A stretch of 61,534 nt of DNA, counting the filler, from Choristocarpus tenellus KU-1152 (taxonomy: Eukaryota; Protista; Phaeophyceae), in assembly GCA_964200185.2 (NCBI GenBank). It is 7 parts of 7 records of this genome, joined end to end, with 100 filler letters (N's around TTAATTAATTAA, not from the genome) between each part and the next. Parts side by side here need not be neighbours in the genome. Positions count along the whole stretch, not along the records: positions 51,121 to 54,787 come from CAXNAD020018621.1; positions 54,888 to 61,534 come from CAXNAD020007672.1; 5 more parts are not named here. One strand, written 5' to 3'. Below are positions 52,625 to 61,534 of this stretch, piece by piece. The position numbers and the translations under genes were made by a program. The first letter of the stretch is position 1. Each line of letters opens with the position of its first letter. The notes under the pieces are model-generated. The model saw only the letters and a program-made list of their open reading frames with translations, made no database searches and was not told where the DNA came from.

Positions 52625-54787
52625 TGTTAGAATATGTGAATCGTAAGGTGATGACCCCCTTTGAGCTTTGAAGCTCACTCTCCTTTATTACACCTTCCTT
52701 ACACTTTATATACAACCTGTTCTACATAATGAAGAAACAATCGAGTTGTTTACATACACAAGTCTTGAGAACACCAATTTCTTTAAGGTGCTAGGTAGCA
52801 CGACTTATTAAATTGTGCTAAGTTCTTAAGGCTAGCGTTAAATCGATTGGAGGGGGAGTCCCGATGGAGGAGGCCGTCGGTTATAGAAGACGTACTTCGA
52901 GGGGAGCGGAGTATGGAGATACGACACTCACATCACCAGTTGAAGAAGGTGGAGAGGTCGTCGAGTCTGATGATGAAGACGACAGAGGGGGCGGTTAGCA
53001 GAACCGCACAACAGGGAACACCATCTGGCCGAAGAGTAAAACGACTGATTCCGTTGCCAACGACGTTCAAGGTCTACAGTGGTGATGACAGCGGTGATGG
53101 ATTCGCTATGTTTGAGCGAAAATTTCTTTCGTGTGCTGCCATGGGGGGTTGGAAAGACACGCTGTTATCTCATGACCACATCAGAGTCAGCAGTGATTAC
53201 TTGGACGCGTCAAGATGGTCTGACCGAGAAATAGACAAGGCGAATATGGCGATGGCTGCACTGGTGATGGCTTTGGACGGGTTTGTGGAAAAAGTGACGA
53301 GTAACCATGACAGTCCTTCCGAAGCTTATCAAGCTTTACGGAACCACTTCAGGAGAAGTGGTATCACAGAAAGGGCTACCATGAGATCAAGACTCAATTC
53401 TCTACATTTACCTGCTGGTGAAGATCCGGCTACAGTCATCTTGGAATTGGATAACATAGTGAAGAAAATGCGATCCTTGGATGATGAACCCGACGAAGAA
53501 GAACAACTTAGTGCGACGCACAATTGTTTGACTGACAAGTACTTCATTGAGATTCGCCAGGTAACAGGTTGCGGTCGAGCAGCACAGATGGATCTCCAAA
53601 AACGAGTTTGCGAAACGTATCAACTTCGTAAACGACAACGTGAGCGAAGGATGGGCAATAATGGTTGTGCATTGATGGTTGGAGGTCCTCGATCCAGGAA
53701 CGGAAACACAGGTTTTGGGAAGGATCGGCAGCCAAAAAACGTGTGGAGTGCTGGCAGTGTGGAGGACCACACTATCAATCTTCTTGTCCCACTGTCGTTT
53801 CGTCTCGACCTTATACAGGTTAGTGTTATATCTGTGGAGAAAAAGGACACAAGGCTTACAGTTGTCCCAAACGCTATGGTGGTCTGGGAGAATCGGGTCA
53901 ACGATCTTCTGGGCAAGCTCCCCGAAGGAAGAAGAAGAATGGTAAAGGAAAGGGGAGTGGCACGGCAAGCAACACTGGTGAAGCTGGTGATGGTGAAGAA
54001 AGTGGTACACCAGTTCAGCTTGGAGGATTCTCATCGGTGAGCAATGATGGAAGTCTTGTTGAAGGGGATGATCTTTGGTTCTTTGACCGTGGGTGTTCGG
54101 TTCATATGACAAATAATCCTACTGCTCTGATAGATCCAAGACCTGTGGTAGGGTCATCGGTGACTGTTGGGGATGGAAAGGTTCTACAAGTTTCAGCCAT
54201 AGGTAATTTATCACTATCTTGTGTACAGAATGGGGAAGTTTCAAGCTTCATATTGCACAATGTGTCATTTGTTCCTGGGTAAAAATTTAATCTCTTCTCA
54301 ATGATACAATCGGGGGAACAATCTGGGGGAGAATTATATTGGAAATGGGAAAATTCTCTGCGATTAACCCCTTCTTCTGGTGGACCTGGATTGGAATTTG
54401 TGAGACAAGTGGGAAGAATTATGGATTGTTTACATTGAAAGCTAGTCGAAGAAGCTTCTTGACAATTCCTGACCTGCCCACAAGACGATTACCTGAAGTA
54501 CCTGACATGACAAAGAGGATTGTGTCAGGACTAGTTCTAGCCGAGGGGGCGGGAACTGACGCACTCGCCCTGACAAGGGCTGGAGGAGATACCGTCACAG
54601 GTGGACAATCTGAGGAGACCGCAATGTCAGAGGAGGATGTTGCAGCGACAGGAGTGAATACCCTTGATGGGGTTTCAGGCGATGCCATAGACCCAGGGGG
54701 GACTACTGATGAGGAGTGGCCTCCCCCAGAAGTGACTTCAGTACATGTTGGTCTAGAGCGATCGACTGGAGCCCAAGCAACGTCAGA
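52625..54787 (+). mobile_element. Ty1/Copia LTR retrotransposon 5' part (candidate LTR from about 52625, gag, two zinc knuckles, aspartic protease), defective and contig-truncated
   Basis: Long ORF 52847-54040 has a Copia gag-like region (SPSEAYQALRNHF...LNSLHL..GEDP...ILELDNIV). After a frameshift come CWQCGGPHYQSSC and CYICGEKGHKAYSC, protease WFFDRGCSVHMT, VTVGDGKVL and LHNVSFVPG*KFNLFS. In-frame stops are present and no integrase core is seen. The LTR start (TGTTAG) is tentative. Confidence 0.9.
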
Positions 54788-54887
54788 NNNNNNNNNNNNN
54801 NNNNNNNNNNNNNNNNNNNNNNNNNNNNNNNTTAATTAATTAANNNNNNNNNNNNNNNNNNNNNNNNNNNNNNNNNNNNNNNNNNNN
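54788..54887. other. Artificial contig linker
   Basis: N44-TTAATTAATTAA-N44. Confidence 0.99.
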
Positions 54888-55097
54888 GCTATCTAAGGGG
54901 CTGTTGCAATGGGGGGGGGGTCCCACTATTGGAAGTCCTGATGTGTCACTTCCTCCCCTTCCTTCCCCCCCCCCCCTTCCTCTTCCTTACAGAGTGAATG
55001 CACTAATCATTTTTCAACCTGTCCACCGTGTCATCCCCCATTCCCATTTCGTATTGTATCATCCCACCCCATGTGTGTGGGGGGTATGGCATGGCAG

Positions 55098-58000
55098 CTA
55101 GATGATGTCCTGAGCGCGGTGGATGCCCATGTGGGCAAGCACCTCTTTGACAAGTGCATATGCAAGGTCAGTCTGAACTTAGAGTTGGGGTTAGGGTGAC
55201 ATTATATACATGCCATGATGTAGAATTACTTGCAGTATTTCAATTTGGTTTATTCCCACAGCTGACTCCACTGGTCCGTCTTCTTGTCATCATAGACTTT
55301 GATCTTCTACATGTACAAGGGTTAGGGTAAGTTGTGCCAATTATCTTCTTGTCATCATACCTCTTTCAATATATGTTTTATTCTCATTGTGCCCTCTACT
55401 CCTTCCTCTGATGCCTGCTGGGTGTGTGCTATCATAATTATTGTTTTTCTGTGTGGTTTGATTGGATGACCAGGTTTTGAGGGGCAAGACTTGTGTGCTG
55501 GTTACACACAACATAAACCTCACAGCTTGTCATGCCGACCAGATCATTATCATGGACACTGATGGAACCATCAAGCAACAGGGGACATATGCTGTGAGTA
55601 CAGATGAATGGATGTATGTATGGATGGTGTCACCTTATATCTCATGATCAAATCACAGAGTTTGAAATGAATACAATCAATACCTCTGTTTCATAAGTAC
55701 TTTCTGTTCACTTGGAGAGTTCAAATGCCGACTAAGGAAGCTCTTTCTCCGAAGGTACACCTTGTACGTGATGACTATCAAATTTCTAAACCTCAAATAA
55801 ACCTCAAACCTAAGATATTTATATGTGTATTTTTCATTTTGAGTTGCTTGCTTGTTGGAAGTTAATGCCCCCTACACTCCAATATTTACGTTCTAATGTC
55901 ATCATGACCCTCCTGCAAATTCCTTAATCATTTCTTCCATATATTTGACCTTATATTATTCTTTTCACTATATTCTTTTTTTTATTGTTGTCAACATGAT
56001 TTTTTGCCCTAGAGCATCATCTTTCATTTCCCACTAATTACTTGCAGATGCTTAGTCAAAGTGCTCATTGGGTCATGCGTAAGAGCTGTGTTAAGACCCT
56101 CCCCCTCTTTCTCCAACAGTATTTTTTCGAAATCTATCTGAATAACTTCTTGGTGCCTCCTTTGACTCCTTTACTATAGCAATTAGGGTTAGTTTTAGAA
56201 AGTCTTTTGGTGTAGCTACATGTTTGCACTAATAGCAAGGGCATGATGGTGGGGCACGAGGATGGTAGGTAGGGCTTTAGTACTGGATGGAGCACCCTAC
56301 AATCCTCTGATGAAAATCTACTCTCGAAACAACATGAAAAAAACAGATCATGCAGTATATCCTTGAAACCTTGTTTATGTCTGCCCAAGCCCATCACATA
56401 TGCCCCCAGGTTCATACCAAATCCTGTTCAAATATTATGTTTGTGCAAAGTCATTCACGATTTGTACACACAGCATTGGGCACTAGGTGTCATCAAAATC
56501 TTGAAATTATGAGTATGTGTCCCCACCTAAACCCCTCCCCTGACCCTACACTGTGTCTATGTGTACATTTATGTGTTCTTAATTCTTCATCACTTGGTTA
56601 GTTAGTTGCTATTCTCATGGTCAATATTGTTCACTGTTATTGGTTTCCAAGGAGAAACACCATCTTCGATCTTGCCTCTCTCCTGCCCCTCCCCTTTCAT
56701 GCCTATAGCTGTCGTTTAGGGTTAGTGTGGAAGTGGATGGGTTCTTTTTGGAGCAGTGGTGCAAAGGGGGCATACCCCCACATATTTTAACTGAAAGGGG
56801 TACAGGAATTGGGTGTATTTCTGTGCCAGGCTGTACTTGATGTTATTTTTTCTTTGACGCATCTTGCACATCTATGGTTACTTGTGGATTCTCATTGAAG
56901 TTATTAATAGAAGCGATGTGTGGGATAAAATTAATCAATCCAAACCAATATAGAAGACTCTGTTGTTGTGATTTTCATGTTGTCTGCCATGAATGTTATT
57001 TCATTTGCCCCTCATGACAACATGTCAAAGTGCTTGTGGGCAAAACGTAGTAGGAGAATATTAACATTGTTCAGAACACTTTTTCATCCATATCAAACAT
57101 TTTGGTGATTAGAACAGGGCGGGTTTTTATAATGTGATGACAAGGGTTCTACTTACGGAGGAACAATTTTCTCTGTTTTGTGATTCAGGTGGTAAATGGA
57201 AAAATGTGTTTGGGGACCTAGGCCCTAGGTTCCTAGATCCTCTTGCCACACCTGAACTACTAAATGTTTCATTTTGGGGTTAGGGTTAGTTTTCGTTTTT
57301 GAAGTACCTGGTGATGATGGGTTTGGGCTATATTTGAACAAGATACGAAAATCTGACATGGGTGATGGTGTCACTACAGCTGTAAGTTAGCCTTGACTTC
57401 ATCAAGTGACTGTGAACCAATTGCCATTGATGATTTGATTCTGGGGGTTACACCACAAAGGAGTATTATTATGGGTCACCTTGGGTTAAAGAGGGTCCCT
57501 GTTCAAATAGGAAAAGGCAGAGGATCTTGCCCGTGCTCCAGAATAAAAGGGGGGGGTGCGACCTTGCATATCGCTGATTATCTAACATGTATTGCTTGCT
57601 CCTTCTATATGGATAACAAGTAAATAGATTTGACCCATCTCATATACTCTGTAAACATAAGAAGTGGGGGTATACCTCCTTTTCTCCACAATTCGTTCAA
57701 TTTTTGTTCTGCAGGAAGCCATGGCATCTGGGTGGTTGAACCTGGCCATGGGTTCTACTCTCTCTGAGACGCTCTCACCCCAAGGCAGCAACTTTCACAA
57801 TGATGATATGGTGGGCTTTTGTGTTTGTATTGAAATGGTCTTGTCATCATAGAAGTAACAATAATGTTTGAACAGACTGAACTCGAGAAAAGAGTTTGGG
57901 GTGTTAGGAGGGGTGGCGGCTCTAGGCAACTTTCTGCACCCCTACTTGGCTCAACAGAATATATGTATACCGTACTGAAGTATAATTGTTTTGTATTTTT

Positions 58001-61000
58001 CAATTTTGTACTTTAGACCTTGATAATAATGTTCCTACATGCATATAATGTAGTGTCACTTTGAGTGTATTAGTAAGATTGAGAAAGAATTTTGTAGTTG
58101 CGATCACCATGATATTTTTTGCATGCATAGTTATTTTTTCTCATGGAAAAGATCTGTCCTTGGAAACCTTACCTGTATCTTTGGAAGGTGAACCAAGCCT
58201 TAGGGTTAGGCTTAGCCTCTGAACTCCACAGTTGCCAACCAAATATCAGAACCAAACATGAAACCAAATGTAAACTCCAATGTCTTCTATTGACCAGAAT
58301 ATCTGTTAAAATATTTTGATGTATTTTGATGTAAGTGGAGATCATAACATTGTTGTGATTCTAGTATGTAATTTTCAGGTTAAAAAGATTAAAGTGTCAT
58401 ACTTGTTCTGCACTTTAGTGTTCAAATCCGTTTAAATTATATCTACTTACATTACTATTTTTATTTTGTTTCTTACCACGCATTAGGTTGCAGTGATAAC
58501 CAAGGTTGAGGACGTGAATGACAGGAACAAGAATGGGACCAGGATCATAGAGGAAGAAAAGAGGGAGATGGGCAGTCCCCAAGCTGCTCTTTACTTTAAA
58601 TACTTCAGGTATTGCACTATGCTCCTTGAAGTACTAATTGTGTAAAGTCCCTGTGAGCTATGTTGATGTTATAATTTTCTATTGTCTCTAGCAGTTTATT
58701 TTGCGCTTTTTAATATGGGTACTGGTACATTTTTTATTTATCGATCAATGTAGTAACAGAATGTGAGAAGAAAGTGGCAATCAGGTCATGTAATTCGACA
58801 TACTCAATAAGTTGAAATGATGCTTTTCTTCCTTCAGATACATGTATTATTTGCATCAACCCTGACCCTGAACCTAACCCTAACCTTATAAACCCTACTC
58901 CGATGATGGCACTTGCTTGGAAGCATAATGGTATTATAAAATATGGTTGATAGCACAGAGTGGAAATGGTAAGAAAATGTTACATTGTGTTACATGGAGG
59001 TATTTTTTATATTCATCATGTGCCTTCTTTATATTGTCATTCATTTACTTATCTAATTTTAACACTGGTGTTACATTTCGCTGGGCAGTTTGAAGGTAGC
59101 ATGTGTTACGTGTATTTTGGACTTGAATGTTACCATACATCACATAATTTGGAGTGTTCAGTTGTCCAAGGTGTGAAGTACCAATAGAAGTGCTGGTGAC
59201 TTATATCTATATTTTCTTTGTACACCCTCTCAGTTGTCTTATAGCCTACCTGGTTCAATGTTGTAGGGAGAGCTGCTTTCCTCCTGATGTGCCCCTTCTT
59301 TGAGACAATAATTGTCATAAAATACTTGAGAGTTTGGGTTAGGGGTACCATAGAAGTACTGTCTGCATATGTTTTTGAAGACCAAACAATCACCTTGACG
59401 CATAGTTTCATTGAGTGTAGTGGCACGACCAAAATGTTGTTTTTGGTGGTCAATATGTGTGAGTGTACGTGTAGATAGATGAAATAAGATGGGCTCTGCA
59501 GATATCCTAGGCTTTCATGCAAACAATCACACATACGCTGTATACTCTGTATATGGTACACATCTTATGTTATGCTCATGTATGCATGTTGAATATTTTC
59601 TATCTTTTTGCCTTATTCATATCATGCTACAAGCTTGGCCTGGTGCATTTGCAGTATTTTAGATAGAAAAGGAGTGCATGTGATCACCTGTTAATCGACA
59701 ATTTTCTGATTATATCTGCAAACTAAGAAATCAGTCACAGTTCAACAGAGTGGTGTAATATTATTGTAATGTTTGTCACAAATGGTTTTCATCCAATTTA
59801 ATCAATACTGTGCATGACTTGTAGGGGAATGACCCCGTACTGTGGACTAACCATCTAATAGCCTTGACCATATTTTATTCCTCAAACCATATCGACTGGT
59901 GCAGGTCCTGTGGAGGTGGAGTTTGGTTTGGAGTTGTCTTTGTGGTGCTAACTGCCTTGTGGCAGGTGCTCTGGGTTGGCCAGGGTTTTGCTCTCAAGGT
60001 AAATGGAACCTTATAGTACTGGTGCAATAGGATCAGCAAATGGGACCACTTCCTGAAAGGCTATTCCCTCATGTTGCTTGCTTTGTGTGTGTATCAATCA
60101 AGGCAACTATTGCCAATTCCTTTATGGTGGGATAGTGTTAGGGTTAGGGTTGTGCATACACGTAAATGGAATGGTATTACTTCATTCTTTTCTAATCTAT
60201 AGCAATCATTGTGAGCTATATGGCAGTGAGCAATGCTTGGGAGAGGGAGATGTTTGTATTGTGGAGTTTTTCGGGACCATTGATCATCAAGTCACTTCTG
60301 TTGTTCTAAGAAGAGATGTACTATACAGTGTCTGGAAATAATGACTGGAATATTGAAAATATGTAAATGTACCTATTATTTCTGTTGATAGCATTTATCA
60401 TTACACAGTAATGAACCTTCAAAGTGTATTTATCCCACTTTATTTTGTCCTAATATTATTACTGGAATATTGAAAATATGTAAATGTACCTATTATTTCT
60501 GTTGATAGCATTTATCATTACACAGTAATGAACCTTCAAAGTGTATTTATCCCACTTTATTTTGTCCTAATAAGTGGTAGGTAGTACTCAGCGTATGCCA
60601 CTCCCAAAATATGACATACTAAGTTTATACCACAAAACACCTTTTCTACTCAGTCTTGGATCATTAAGACGGCAGAGGAGAGGAGGGATGAAGGGAGTGC
60701 CAATGGGGCGATGTGGACCTACATCCTGGTGTGCATCAGTGGCATCACTTGCTTACTGTTGCGTACAGTACTCACTACTTATCGCAGTCTCAATGCATCC
60801 AAGTGAGAAAAAGAGTAAAATATTTTGGTGCTTTGAACATTGTTTTTAGCAAGTTCAGTATGTTTGAAATGTATGAAGTCTGTTCCAGTTTTTCCTTTTG
60901 TAAATAGTGTAAGGTTCTTGCTGGCAAAAGGGATTGTGCCCTTTTCATTACATGTAAGAATATTTTTTCAATTCTGCTAAGAATATATGTTTCATTTTCA

Positions 61001-61534
61001 GTTTGTTGAAAATCCAAAAATCCTCCTTGCCTTTGAAAAGCATCGTGACTCTATCAAGATGCTGCTTTATGACAAGGATGAATAGGAAAAGTTGAAATTG
61101 ATTTGTCATGATCATAACCGCTAGAAATGTACTCAACAGTATATACCAAGTACATATTCTTGAAAAATGAAGTAATCCAAGATGTTTATGATGTGTATGT
61201 ATGATTTAGAGGAATTTCAGTCCCTGCAGCCTTTGTATGTTGACCTTTAAATAGCCACCATGCACATGAATACATGTATCAATATACTGGGTGGCGACAT
61301 AGGATGCTACACGCTATGATATTTCACATTGGCAAGTGTATCCTTTCTTATTGGGTATATACAGGTTAGCAGAGATCTAAAAGCTTGGCTCTACCTAATG
61401 TATTTAGTTTCCCCTCCTGTAAGCTGCCACCATGCTCATGACTCTGCTTGTGCACCCTGTCATTTGTTTTACAGGGTAGTGCACAGGAACATGACAACAA
61501 GGGTGTTTAGTGCTCCCCTGGGGTGGTACGACGC
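55098..61534 (+). CDS. ABCC/MRP-family ABC transporter, internal part (end of NBD1, linker, start of TMD2); exons 55098-55166, 55474-55593, 57715-57810, 58487-58608, 59905-59998, 60654-60802, 61475-61534+
   Basis: Motifs LDDVLSAVDAHVGKHLFDKCI (Walker B/D-loop), LRGKTCVLVTH (H-loop), IIEEEKREMG..ALYFKYF, hydrophobic helices, and ASKVVHRNMTTRVFSAPLGWYD. All phases are consistent. Confidence 0.93.
60344..60572. repeat. Exact 112-bp tandem duplication in an intron
   Basis: 60344-60455 is identical to 60461-60572, separated by ttatt. Confidence 0.95.

Noticed and set aside
53408-54112. 234-aa minus-strand ORF
   Set aside because: It is the antisense shadow of the Copia gag region.
23254-54887. 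Six identical N-flanked TTAATTAATTAA palindromes that look like regularly repeated elements
   Set aside because: They are synthetic six-frame-stop linkers between contigs, so gene neighbourhoods across them are meaningless.

Overview
This is eukaryotic, intron-rich nuclear DNA from a photosynthetic stramenopile (ochrophyte, probably brown-alga-like). The evidence is GT-AG introns, bipartite plastid-targeting peptides with ASAFAP-type cleavage motifs, and TTAGGG snippets. The window is not one locus. It is seven contigs joined by artificial 100-bp linkers (44 N + TTAATTAATTAA + 44 N), so synteny only counts within a contig. Most ORF-track entries are spurious; I rebuilt the real genes by hand-splicing with phase checks. 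Genes found: Sec61-beta; an EGLN/PHD-like 2OG-Fe(II) oxygenase head-to-head with a YqiA/UPF0227-type esterase that appears to continue into a CYTH (EVERKF) domain; an orphan secreted cysteine-rich protein; plastid aspartate-semialdehyde dehydrogenase; a KCTD-type BTB protein; plastid ferredoxin-sulfite reductase; an NCS/calcineurin-B-like EF-hand protein; and part of an ABCC transporter. Mobile DNA includes decayed RTE-like LINEs, Gypsy and Copia remnants, two related MITE families with 4-bp TSDs (Sola-like), a 1.65-kb TIR element with an AT TSD, a decayed 28S rRNA fragment, and frameshifted intronless ORFs with a ParB/Srx-like motif. CpG is depleted in introns and old repeats but retained at gene 5' ends, which suggests CpG methylation with island-like promoters. 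No prokaryote-type system (CRISPR, operon) is present. All family calls rest on motif recognition by eye, not database searches.
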